NCBI GenBank assembly: GCA_024679065.1
Contig: JAGIQG010000009.1
Location: 90,148,001-90,212,000, forward strand
Length of the DNA stretch: 64,000 bases
DNA from: Sphyrna mokarran
Lineage: Eukaryota
Direction of reading: 5' to 3'
Shown one piece after another: positions 46,001 through 56,769 of this stretch; the first letter of the stretch is position 1, and every line of letters begins with the position of its first letter. The notes under the pieces were generated by a model. It saw only the letters and a program-made list of their open reading frames with translations, did no database searches and was not told where the DNA came from. The position numbers and the translations under genes were made by a program.

Positions 46001-47378
46001 TTCTTGAATAACTTGAGTGCCTGCCTCCACCACTTTACTTGGCAACACATTCCATACCCCCACCACCCTCTGAAAAAAACTCCCTCTAGCATCCAAATTA
46101 TACCTTAAGCCCAACCTAAGCCTGTGACCCCTCATGCTATTCAATTCCATTCTAGGAAAAAGCTTAACCCTGTTTACTCTATCTATACCTCAATCTTGTG
46201 CACCTCCATTAGATCTCCTCTAAGTCTACATCTTTAAGGAAAAAAGTGTCCCAATTTACCTAACCTCTCATAACTCAGACCTTCCATACCAGGCAGCATC
46301 CTGGTAAACCTCCTCTGCACTCTCTCCACATCCTTCAGGTAGTAAGGCAACCAGAACTGGATACAGTATTCCAAATGAGGTCTAACCAACATTTTATACA
46401 ACTGCAACATTAACAGCTAGCTCTTGTACTCTATACCCCTTCCTATAAAGGCTAGCATACAATATGCTTTCTTCACAACCTTTTCCACTTGCTCTGCCAC
46501 CTTCAGAGACTTGTGCACCTGCACCCCTAGGTCCCTCTGCATTTCTATACTCTTAATAGTTCTACTCTATCATATATCTCCCCCTACATTCTTTCTCCCA
46601 AAATGCATCACCTTGCATTTATCAGGATTGAATTCCATCTAGCATGGCCAATTCACTTAACCTACCCATCTTTGTATTGAGAGGGGAAACCCAGTCACTC
46701 AAGGTCACTGAACCTGACACTGAGGCAGCAGTACTATCTACTAGTCCTGGGTAGAAATCCTTTTCCACCCAAAGGGTAGTGAGCATCTGGAACTCACCAA
46801 CTGAAGCAGCAGTAGAAACAGGAATTTCAACATTTCCATGATCATTTAACACAGCAACAGACCAAGTACTACAAGGGGATTAGCAAAGATAGTAACAAAT
46901 AAAAAATACTCAAATTTCAGTAAGTCTGAAAGCACCTATGGTTCAAATAGAGCCAGTATTGAGTACAACAAACCCTTCACCCAGGGTCAAAACGGTGACT
47001 GTATTGTCTCTCTACAGATACTGTCAGAGCAGCTGAGATTTTCCAGCATTTTCTGCTGGAGATTCTAACATCCATACTAATATAGTTGTTTGATGGCCAA
47101 CATAGACACGATGGCCGGAATAGTCGTTTTCTGTGCTGTAACGACGATTCTTCATTGCGTGGCTGATCAGTTTCATTTGCAAATTTCCCCAATTATGCTT
47201 CGCGTTTAAATCTAAACTCATGAAGATAACTTATTCCCTCTGCCTACCATCCCCGCTCCTTAACTGAGTTCTTACCAGCTCCGCTCTCTCTCTCTCCATT
47301 GAAGATGAACAGGCTCCAGATGAGGAGAGAGATGCGGATCCAGAGGGATCGGGAGCCGCTCTCTGTAAACACATACAT
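18977..47378 (-). CDS. mhc2b: MHC class II beta chain gene, 6 coding exons: 47378-47276, 37162-36908, 30185-29904, 28725-28609, 26406-26377, 19002-18977 (813 nt, 270 aa)
   Basis: Manual splicing gives one uninterrupted ORF: leader, beta1, beta2 (Ig-C1), CP/TM and two cytoplasmic exons. All introns are GT..AG and phase 1, as in class II beta genes. Confidence 0.95.
19135..21005 (-). mobile_element. Heavily micro-deleted CR1 in intron 5
   Basis: KTLADRIKENPKPFYRYVK and collinear similarity to the 14937 element. Confidence 0.85.
22080..22500 (+). mobile_element. Penelope-like RT remnant, followed by a minus-strand CR1 tail (~22500-22890)
   Basis: aatttatcaattttgcttccaaattccacccc and tggtccatctgaccctttcccttccttgacctctat resemble shark Penelope RT. 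Confidence 0.6.
23232..23430 (-). mobile_element. Truncated 3' end related to the 5S-CR1 element body
   Basis: Shares the diagnostic 3' UTR stretch (aaaaagcaatg..ccctc..aaccattcc) with 16591 and 30704. Confidence 0.65.
23440..24325 (+). mobile_element. Decayed Rex/Babar LINE
   Basis: Collinear with 8100-9100 but with many small deletions. Confidence 0.75.
25635..25820 (-). mobile_element. HE1-like SINE (decayed); another copy lies at ~36110-36290
   Basis: gccagaatcaaacctggctccctggtgctgtgaggca is the reverse complement of the SINE tRNA head. Confidence 0.7.
26377..26406 (-). CDS. mhc2b: MHC IIB exon 5, cytoplasmic (AILDSSNHGP)
   Basis: 30-nt phase 1/1 exon with branch ctaac, acceptor ttttctttcag| and donor |gtaagt; in frame. 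Confidence 0.8.
28609..28725 (-). CDS. mhc2b: MHC IIB exon 4, connecting peptide and transmembrane segment (EVGSTTKSEKHKIIVGAVGFGIGLIILLAGVIMKLRNAK)
   Basis: Class II beta TM glycine pattern GxxGxxxGxxxxxxG. Acceptor tacag|, donor |gtaag. Confidence 0.95.
29904..30185 (-). CDS. mhc2b: MHC IIB exon 3, beta2 Ig-C1 domain
   Basis: 282-nt exon with motifs LLCHVTGFYPPEIEVTWLKNG, DGDWTYQ and YTCRVEHSSL. Acceptor ttccag|, donor |gtaag. Confidence 0.97.
30704..31076 (-). mobile_element. Second copy of the 5S-CR1 element body, lacking the 5S head, in intron 2
   Basis: Collinear with 16591-16975 and ending at the same gaaaacaaa junction. Confidence 0.85.
31270..31870 (+). mobile_element. Penelope-like element remnant (RT and GIY-YIG)
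   Basis: Decayed GIY-YIG-like stretch (acatgcactttctacaatttagtagacagtatttggtgttcc...tacattggg). Confidence 0.65.
33330..35900. mobile_element. Decayed PIF/Harbinger DNA transposon (Myb/SANT-like gene on +, transposase C-terminus on -)
   Basis: QCCRKIND on plus (~33680); CCLSCSGSTLQYSPQ on minus (~35700-35830) resembles Harbinger RFRCLDRSGGALQYSP. Confidence 0.6.
36908..37162 (-). CDS. mhc2b: MHC IIB exon 2, beta1 peptide-binding domain (GAHSFYYIHGCDFNDTRSW...WNDRAEARYQEGITVCETNVPIDESVLSRR)
   Basis: Acceptor tctcacag|, donor |gtgag, 255 nt. Has the two conserved Cys, an NDT sequon, and the W61 and N82 equivalents. Confidence 0.95.
39330..40140 (-). mobile_element. Decayed Rex/Babar-like LINE fragment
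   Basis: Reverse-complement PQGCVL and KFVDAT remnants. Confidence 0.5.
40925..45360 (-). mobile_element. Near full-length CR1 LINE in intron 1: ORF1 (Zn-finger-like and esterase-like, ~44171-45154) and ORF2 (APE and RT, 41416-44198), both frameshifted
   Basis: ORF1 CVRCHMW..HIC and ILVGDGMV..VIVHVG. APE VAVTETWL, YRPP, GDFNFP, LDLVL, SDHN. RT motifs complete. Confidence 0.95.
45431..46640 (-). mobile_element. 5'-truncated CR1 (SINE-containing 3' UTR family)
   Basis: C-terminal ORF2 remnants and 3' UTR collinear with the 9108 and 48653 copies. Confidence 0.88.
47276..47378 (-). CDS. mhc2b: MHC IIB exon 1, leader MYVFTESGSRSLWIRISLLIWSLFIFNGERESGA
   Basis: ATG at 47378, hydrophobic core, donor G|gtaag in phase 1 joining exon 2 in frame. 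TATA-like, CCAAT and X boxes lie directly upstream. Confidence 0.88.
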
Positions 47379-47434
47379 GTCACCCACGGCAGCTCCAACA
47401 CAGACTGAACACCCGGACTAAAACGCGCCAGGGC

Positions 47435-47828
47435 TTTAAATAGAGATACTGACCAATCACAACGGAACATAAAGATTGACCAATCACATAAAAATACACT
47501 GACCAATAAGCAGCTGGAAAATCACCCAATCAACTCCATATATCGGGGAACAGGGACCAATCAGCATCAAGAACACGTGTAGCGGGTCAGAGGAGCAAAT
47601 CAGAGCTGGGAACGGGTAGCCAATCAAAAGTGAAATAGCGAGGAAATAAACTAATCATAGGCGAGCATGTGTGGTCACCTGGTCTCTGTTTGATTATGAA
47701 CCAATCAGAACAGAGAATGGTTCCGCTCGTTGGCTCTGTAGATAAAGGAACCAACCAGAGTCGGGTCAGGCAAATCATCATCAGTATCATCAGTTGCTAG
47801 GTGGAATTGGGCGATTCATTTCAATTTC
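47435..47828 (-). promoter_or_regulatory. Class II beta promoter region: TATA-like box (47435-47442), CCAAT array, X box (47788-47801), IRF-type motifs
   Basis: TATTTAAA about 60 nt upstream of the ATG. CCAAT at 47453, 47480, 47503, 47526, 47557, 47620 and 47701. X1 box CCTAGCAACTGATG. GAAATTGAAA at 47819-47828. Confidence 0.8.
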
Positions 47829-48394
47829 TATGTAGGCTAGTCAGTGGGCGACAGCAATGTTTTCACTGTAGGAAGCTGCATTTGGAAGGGGAAACAATCA
47901 GAGGGATTCACTCATTCATTCAAAGTTAGGCCCTGTTGAAGTGTGTGCTCCTGCACAGTGGCTGGTATGCTGAAAGCTGTGACTCCTCGTCAGTGTTAGC
48001 TTCTGAGAATTCTTCGGGGCTGGAAAAACTCAAGTCTTGACTGGAGGACGCTCTGGATTGGTTCTCAGATGTGCTTTCAAAAAAAAAGATTTCAGGGATC
48101 TTAAGAAGCAGGAAGCATAACTCACATAAGTGTACTGGATCCTTATTTAGATTATCAGCACTCGCTCACAGTCAACACAGAGTGCTCAGTCTTCCCTGAC
48201 CAGTTGGAGGGCTCTTTCTTCAAAGTCAGTCGGGATTTATATCCTTAGCATTCTGCTGTCAGGGACAGATAGCTTGAGTGTCAAAGATATGTACGTTAGG
48301 TCAGATTAGCTATGGTAAAGTATTCAGGGTAATGGATATAGGGTGGAGAGCCTGAGTAGGACTTACAGTGAGTAGGTGTAAATTTCATAGGTCA

Positions 48395-48650
48395 GATGGG
48401 ATTCGATGTAGGGATTCGATGCTTGTGTACCACAGAATCAATGTGTTAGGGTAGATGGTGGCATGTGTGGATGGAATTTCGGACCAGGGAAGTGATGAGC
48501 TACAGGGAAGATTAAGGTGTATGTGGGAGAGCGAGTGATGGTGTCCCTTGAACTGGCAGTAAATGAGATTCCTGTGGAATAGGTACTGGGTGTGAGTATG
48601 TGTATGTTTGTTTGTGTGCGTATTGTGGTGATACTTTGCCCATAAGAAAT
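48395..48650 (-). mobile_element. Penelope-like fragment
   Basis: Similar to shark Penelope N-terminal region by eye; truncated by the adjacent CR1. Confidence 0.4.
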
Positions 48651-48652
48651 GT

Positions 48653-50785
48653 AGAACAAAGAACAAAACAGCACGGGAAACAGGCTCTTCGGCCCAACGA
48701 GCCCACACCGCCACCCCGATGTTCCCACCTCTACCCGAGATCTCTGTCTATGTTTATAGATCTATGGATTAAAACCCAAATTTGAGACAATTTAGGGAGA
48801 ATTTGTTTTGTGAATTAGTCTAAGAGCACATTTTTGGGATGTGGGAGGAAACCGGAGCCCCCGGAGAAAACCCATGCAAGCACGGGGAGAATGCGCAAAC
48901 TTCCACAGATACAGGCCCAAATCCATGTATCTGCACAGCACAGCGATAGTCACTGAGCAGTCATGTTGCCCATCAAATGGCCCAGGTCAAGCATACACTG
49001 ACGACATGAAGCACTAGGATACTCTCAAAATCCAAGAGCAGCCCTCTCACGACCCATTGCGTGTATGCCCCTTGTTAGACAACAAGGTGGACCAAAGCAC
49101 CTGTAGGATAAAAACAAGTACATCAATATCACCATCTATTTACACACTTCCCAGGAACTCCCAAGGCTGATGATCCCTATTTTAAATCAGTTTTCTATAC
49201 CCCTCCATTCCCATTCTGTTCTTGTGCCCATCTAAGTATCTCTTAAATAACTCCAGAATGCCTGCCTCCACCACTTTACTTGGCAGCGCATTCCATACCC
49301 CCACCACCCTCTGTATGAAAAAACTCCCTCTAGCATCCAAATTATATCTTACCCTCCTCACCCTAAGCCCGTGACCCCTCGTGCTATTTGAGTCCATCCT
49401 AGGAAAAAGCTCAACCCTGTTTATCTATACGTCTCATAATCTTGTACACCTCTATTAGATCTCCTCCAAGGAAAACAGTCCCAATTTGCCTAACCTTTCC
49501 TCGTAACTCAGACCTTCCATACCAGGCAGCATCCTGGTAAACCTCCTCTGTACTCTCTCCAGAGTCTCCACGTCCTTCTGGTAGTAAGGCAACCAGAACA
49601 GGATGCAATATTCCAAATGAGGTCTAACTAATGTTTTATACAACTGCAACATTAAAGCTCTTCTACTCTATACCGCTTCCTACAAAGGCTAGCATACCAT
49701 ATGCTTTCTTCACAACCTTCTCCACCTGCTCTGCCACCTTCAGAGCACCTCAGGTCCCATTGCGTTTCTATAGTCTTAATAGGTCTACCCTTTATCATAT
49801 ACCTCCCCACTACATTCTTTCTCCCGAAATGCATGACCTCACATTTATCAGGATTGAATTCCATCTGTCATCTATCTGCCCAAGCTACCAGCCTATCTAT
49901 GTCTTGCTGTATCGCCTGACAATGCTCCTCGCTTTCTGCAAGTCCAGCCATCTTTGTGTCGTCTGCAAACTTGCTGATCACACCATTTACTCCCTCTTCC
50001 AAGTCATTTATATATGTTACAAATAGAAGAGGTCCCAGTACCGAGCCCTGCAGCACACTACTAGTGACCGACCTCCAGCTAGAAAAACACCCTTCCACTA
50101 TTATTCTCTGTCTCCTATTAATAAGCCAGTTACTTATCCATCTAGCTACCTGTCCTTGTATCCCATGAGCCTTGACCTTCTCAACTAACCTCCCATGAGA
50201 GACTTTGTCAAACGCCTTACTGAAACCCATATAGATGACATCAATGGCTCGTCCTTCGTTGACTGTTTTCATCACCTCCTCAAAAAATTCTACCAGATTC
50301 GTAAGGCACGACCTCCCTTTAACAAAGCCATGCTGCATATCCCTAATCAGATCGCATTGCTCTAAGTGCCTATACATCCTATCTCTAAGAATCCCCTCCA
50401 ATAGCTTCCCTACCACTGACATCAAACTCATCAACTTATAATTTCCAGGGTTATCCCTACTACCCTTTTTAAACAAAGGTACAACATTATCTATTCTCCA
50501 GTCCTCTGGGACCTCACCTGTGACCAAAGAAGAGACAAAGATTTGCATCACAGGCCCAGCAATTTCACCTCTCACCTCCCTAAGCAGACTGTGATAAATG
50601 CCTTTAGGCCCTGGAGATTTATCGGTTTTAATGCCACCTAGAAGCTCTAACACTTCCTCCATCGGTATGGATATTTCCCTCAACTGGTCCACAGCTCCCT
50701 CAGAGACAAGAGCTGTCGACAAGCCCCTCTCCTTCGTGAATACTGACGCAAAGTATTCATTCAGGATCTCCCCCATTCCCTCGGA
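48653..50785 (-). mobile_element. 5'-truncated CR1 (RT ORF 49868-50791), ~1.3 kb upstream of the class II start codon
   Basis: KSPGP, QHGF, SKAFDKV, QGSVLGP, KFADD. Confidence 0.93.
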
Positions 50786-51589
50786 ATACATTTTAAATAC
50801 ATTAAAAATGTATTTTTAATCATGTTGCTTTGTGCGTTCTTTTAAGCAGCTGCCTAGCACATTAATGGCAATTTTTTTGTCTGTAACTGGTATCTATAAT
50901 TGTTATTGAAGCAATATGATGGACATCGCGTTTATTTTTACTCTAGTCTAATGTGGTTTTGCGATCCTTTTGGAATTGCTGGATGAAGCATGATAAACAG
51001 GTCAGGTGATGTCTGTAGACAGTTTTATTCCAGAAAATTGCAAGCTTTTGGTTTTGTTTTTCAATAGTTGCCTGACGCAGAGAGCAACAAAAGTATTTTC
51101 CCATCTCTCTGGAGGTGAAAATTCTGCTCTCTGTGAATTGCTGTTTGGACTTGAGACAGAAACCGCTCTCTCCCATCATCTTCAACCCCCCCTCCCCCAC
51201 TTCTGGGATTTTTGCAAAGTTCCAGGACTGGGATGCCTCAGAAATTTATCCCAAAATTTGAAGCACTAATTCACTGCAGGTGTTAAAAGCTGAAAACCCA
51301 GCATCACATGAGCATACTTGCTTTCTATGCCAAGGATGGGCCGTATGTTTGTAAGATATTTGATTTGGAACATCTTCCTCCAGGACCTCCTGTTCATCTT
51401 CTGCCTCAATAGCTAACTGTTTAGATTTAAGATGTGTCACGAATGTGTCTTATTCATGAATTTTGTAATAGGTAAAAGTTATGCTATTTCTTTTTATTAT
51501 GTTCTTAAGTAAACTTTATTTGATGTAAGTTTCCTAGTTGGTCATATGAATCATACAATGCTCACTTGTGTGAAATTCAAATAGAGCAT

Positions 51590-53750
51590 AAAACATAGAA
51601 AAACTACAGTACGAACAGAGCCTTCTGCCCCACAAGTTGCACCGAACATATCTCTACTTAATCGGCTTATCTATAATCCTCTATCTTACTAAGTCCCATG
51701 TATTCATCCAGAAGTCTCTTAAAAGACCTGATCAAATTCGTCTCCACCACTGCTGCTGGCAGCCAATTCCATGCACCCATCACCCCGATATCTTCTCTGT
51801 ACCTATGCCACAGCACCCTAAATTTGTGTCCTCTTGTAGTAGCCATTTCAGCCCTGGGAAGAAGTCTTTAAGAATCTACTGGATCAAAACCTGTCAACCT
51901 CTCAATACCTCTTTTGTTATCTTCTCCTTTGTTCTCTTTCCTCTCCTTCTTTGCTCTCTCTCCTCCTTTGCTCCCTCTCCTCGCCTCTCCTCCTTTGCTC
52001 CCTCTCCTCTCCTCCCCTCCCTTGCTCCCTCTCCTTGCCTCGCCTCCCCTCCTTTGCTCCTCTCATTGCCTTGCCTCCCTCTTTGCTCCTCTCATCGCCT
52101 CGCCTCCCTCCTTTGCTCCTCTCGTCGCCTCGCCTCCCCTCCTTGCTCCCGTTGCCTCACCTCCCCTCCTTTGTTCCTCTCATTGCCTCGCTCCCCTCCT
52201 ACTCCTCTCGTCGCCTCGCCTCCCCTCCTTTGCTCCCTCATCGCCTCGCCTTCCCTCCTTTGCCCCTCTCATCGCCTCGCCTCCCCTCCTTTGCAACCTC
52301 TCGTCGCCTCCCCTCCCCTCCTTTGTTCCTCTTGTTGCCTCACCTCCCCTCCTTTGTTCCTCTCGTTGCCTCGCCTCCCCTCCTTTGCTCCTCTCATCGC
52401 CTCGCCTCCCCTCCTTTGCTCCTCTCGTCGCCTCGCCTCCCTTCCCCTCCTTTGCTCCCTCTCACTGCCTCGCCTCCCCTCCCCTCCTTTGTGAACAAAG
52501 GAGAAAGGACCGAGCTCTCCAACCTATTCGCATAAAGCATGCCACCCAATCCAAGCTGCATCCTTGTAAATCTCCTCTGCATCCATAAAATAGCTCCACA
52601 TCCTTTCTGTAATGAGGTGACCAGAACTGAGCACAGTATTTCAAGTGGGGTCTGACCAGGGTCTTATACAGCTGCAGCATTATCTCCCAACTCCTAAACT
52701 CAGTTCCTCAATTGATGAAGGCCAGTACACCATATGCCTTCTTAACCACATCGAGGCCAATTTGAGAGTCCTACGAACCCGGACCCCAAGATCTTTTTGA
52801 TCTTCCATACTGCTAAGAGTCTTACTCTTAATATTATATTCTTTCATCCCATTTGACCTGCCAAAATGAACCACCACACACTTATCCAGGTTGAAGCCCA
52901 GCTGCCACTTCTGCGCCCAGTCTTGCATCCTATCTTTGTCTCCTTATAACTTCTGACATCCCTCCAAACTATCCACAATACCTCCAACATTCGTGTCATT
53001 GGCAAACTTGCCAACCCATCCCTCCACTTCCTCATCCAGGTAATTTATAAAAATCGTAAACTGCAAGGGTCCCAGATGAGATCCTTGGGGCACTCCACTG
53101 GTGACCGATCTCCATGCAGAAAAAGACTCATCCACAACCACTCTCTGCCTTCTGTGGGCAAGCCAGTTCTGGATCCATAAGGCAACATCTCCTTGGTTCC
53201 CATGCCCCCTCACTTTCCCAATAAGCCTTGCATGGGGGACCTTATCAAACGCCTTGCTGAAGTTCGTATAAACCACATCTACCACTCTTCCTTCGTCAAT
53301 GTGTTTAGTCACATCTTCAAAAAACTCAAACAGGCTCCTGAGGCATAATATGTCTTTGACAAAGCTGTGCTGACTATCTTTGATCAAACTATACTTTTCC
53401 AAATAGTCATAAATCCTATTTCTCAGGACCTTCTCCATCAACTTACCAATCACTGAGGTTAGACTCAACAATTGATAATTTCCTGGATTATCTCTATTCC
53501 CTTTCTTGAATATAAATTCACATCTGCAATCCTCTGGAATCTCCCCCATCTCCATCGATGACGCAAAGATCATCACCAGAGTCTCCGCAATCTCTTCTCT
53601 CGCCTCTGACAGTAACCTGGGGGACATCCCGTCTGGTCCCGGCGACTTATCTATCTTAATGCTTTTCAAAATCTCCAACACATCCTCTTTCTTAATGTCC
53701 ACATACTCAAGCTTTTCAGTCCACCGCAAGCCTGCACTACAACCGCCAGC
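51590..53750 (-). mobile_element. CR1 LINE (RT 52944-53729), interrupted by a minisatellite
   Basis: RT motifs, LYKTLVRPHL and a CR1 tail near 51590. Confidence 0.9.
51915..52490 (+). repeat. Pyrimidine-rich ~31-bp minisatellite (cgcctcgcctcccctcctttgctcctctcat)n
   Basis: Repeat units read directly; accounts for the low-complexity ORFs in all three plus frames. Confidence 0.9.
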
Positions 53751-54029
53751 CTAGGAATTAGGCTGTTTTCATAAAACACCTTGGAGGTTTTGGCCTAGGT
53801 CTTAACAGTATGTATATTTGAGTGTTTGTGTATGTATATATTTGTGAGTTGAAAATAATGAGAAGAAATACTTTCACTGGCAGAATGGAGGAGATCATTC
53901 ATCCTCTTCCTGTACTGGATGCCTGTCTTCCTCTGCAGGGAGCTGGTACTGACTAACACTGCCACTGCTGCTCCTGCTGGTTCCATTCTCAGCTGGATGG
54001 TTCCTGGAGACTGTACATGATTCCTACAT

Positions 54030-56740
54030 CCTTAACTGTTCTCAGAATTCAATTCAGAAAAGTGTGAGGTAATGAATGTGGGGAGGGCTAACAAGGCAAA
54101 TGATTACCATTGAAATGTCGAGACCTTAGAAAATACAGAAGATCAAAGTTCCCTCAAGGTACAGGACAGATAGATAAGGTGTATTGGATATTTGGTTTTA
54201 TTAACCAAGGCTTAGAATACAAAAGCAGGGTTGTTATGATGGGATAAAACACTGGTTAGGCCACAGGTGGAGCACTATGTGTAGTTCTGATCACCATATT
54301 AAAGGATGTGATTGCAGTGGAGAAGGTGTAGAGGAGATTCATCAAGATGCTACCTGGCTGGAGGGTCTGAGCTACAAGAAAAGATTGGATAGACGCCAAT
54401 TGTATTCCTTGGAGCAGCAAAGAGAGGACATGATAGAGATGTATAAGATTATGATGGGTATGGATAGGAAGGCACGTTTCCCATTAGTAGAGGGGTCAAT
54501 AATCTGGTGCATAGAATTACGGGGAAAGATAGAAGGCTAAGAATGGAGTTGAGAAGAAAACTTTTTATCCAGAGTCTTTAACTCACTGCCTGAAAAGGTG
54601 GTAGAGTCAGAAACTCTCAGAACATTTCAGAAGTATTTAGATATTGAGGTTGATTTAGAAGTTGAATGCCTTGTTAAGAGGAAAAAGGAAGCGTATATAA
54701 AGATGAAAAAACAAGGTTCAGTTGGGTCACTTGAGTGTTACAAGATAACTAGGAATGAGTTAAAGAAAGCCCTAGGAGAGTTAGGAGGGGGCATGAGAAT
54801 GTCGGATAAAAGAAAATCCCAAAGCTTTTTAGTTTTGTGTGAGAAATAAAAGAATGACCAGGGTGAGGTTAGGGCCAGTCAAGGATAGTAGTGGGAACTT
54901 GTGCATGGAATCAGAAGACAGAGGTGAGGCAGGGAATGAATACTTTCCTTCAGTGTTCACTAAGGAGAGAGGCTATGATTTTTGAGGATGAGTGCATGAT
55001 ACAGGCTGATAGGATGGAGGAGGTAGATGTTCTGAGGGAAGATGTATTAGCAATTTTGAAAAACCTGAGGGTTGATAAATTCCCTGGGTCAGATGGGATA
55101 CATCCTAGGATACTGTGGGAGGCAAACGATGAGATTGCGGAGCCTTTAAATTTGATCTTTGGGTCCGCACTGTCCATAGGCATAGTGCCTGAGGACTGGA
55201 GAGTTGTTGCTCTCTTCAAGAAAGGAAATAGGAATGACCCTGGTAATTATAGGCCAGTTGGTCTTACTTCGGTGGTTGGTAAGCTAATGGAAAGGATCCT
55301 GAGGGATAGGATTAATGACCATTTGGAAAGATGCAGTTTAATCGGGATAGTCAGTACGGTTTCATGAGAGGTAAGTCCTGTCTCACAAATTTCATTGAAT
55401 TCTTTGAGGAGGTAACTAAGTGTGTGGTTGAAGGTAGAGCAGTTGATGTCATATACATGGATTTTAGTAAGGTTTTTGATAATGTTCCCCATGGTAGACT
55501 CATGAAAAAGATAAAGATGTGTGGGATAGAAGGAAATTTGGCCTATTGGATAAGTAACTGGCTATTTCGTAGAAGACAGAGGGTGGTGATGGAAGGAAAA
55601 TTTTCAGACTGGAGGCCAGTTACTAGCGGGGTATCACAGGGGTCAGTGTTGGGTCCTCTGCTTTTTGTGATTTTTATCAATGACTTGGAAGGGGGGGTTG
55701 AAGAGTGGATTAGTAAATTTGCTGATGATACCAAGATTGGTGGAGTAGTGGATGAGAAGGGCTCTTGCAGAATGCAAATAGACATTGATAGGATGCAGAG
55801 CTAGGCCAGCTGGGCAGAGCTAATGGCAGATGGAGTTTAACCCTGGGAAGTGCGAGGTGATTCATTTTGGTAGGACAAACTTGAATGCAGATTACAGAGT
55901 CAACAGCAAGGTTCTAGGGAATGTGGAGGAACAGAGAGATCTTGGGGTTCCCAGCTCTCTAAGGTTGCCACTCAAGTGGATAGACCCGTGAAGACGGTTT
56001 ATAATATGTTAGCATTTATTAACAGGGGGTTTGAGTTTAAGAGCCGTGGGGTTATGCTGCAACTATATCGGACATTGGTGAGACCACATTTGGAATATTG
56101 TGTTCAGTTCTGGTCACCTCATTATAAGAAGTATATGGAAGCATTGGAGAGAATGCAGAGGAGATTTACCAGATTGCTGCCAGGTTTGGAGGGTAGGCCT
56201 TATGAGGAAAGGTTGAGGGAGCTGGGACTTTTCTCTTTGGAGTGGAGAAGGATGAGAGGTGACTTAATAGAAGTTTATAAGATGATGAAGGGAATTAATA
56301 GAGTGGATGTGCAGAAACTATTTCCTCCGGTGGATGTAGCTGTTACAAGGAGGCATAACTATAAGGTTCATGGTGGGAGGTAGAGGAGGGATGTCCGAGG
56401 TAGATTCCTTATTCAGAGAGTGGTTGCGATGTGGAATAGACTGCCTGCTGGCATTGGTTGGACACTTTACGAACTTTCAAGTGATTATTGCATAGGCACA
56501 TGGAGCACAGCAGAATTATAGGGAGTGGGATAGCTTGATCTTGGGATTGGGCATAGCTTGGCACAACACTGAGAGTCGAAAGGCCTGTACTGTGCTGTAA
56601 TGTTCTATGTTCTATATTCACTTACACTGCATAACCTCCAGGGATATGGGCCAAGTGCTGGAAAATGGGATTAGTGTAGTCAGATCTTTGTTCACCATCA
56701 TGGACACAATGGGCTGATTGGCTTCTTTCTGTGCTGTTAA
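54030..56740 (+). mobile_element. Older CR1 3' fragment interrupted by a younger CR1 (~54646-56614), with apparent TSD atatt
   Basis: RT motifs in ORFs 54891, 55331 and 55976; the host tail resumes after a (tgttcta)n tail. Confidence 0.88.
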
Positions 56741-56769
56741 TGTCTGCAACCATATGAATCCCTATTTGT

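Noticed and set aside
51637-52588. Long Pro/Leu/Ser-rich ORFs in three frames
   Set aside because: Artefacts of the stop-free pyrimidine minisatellite.
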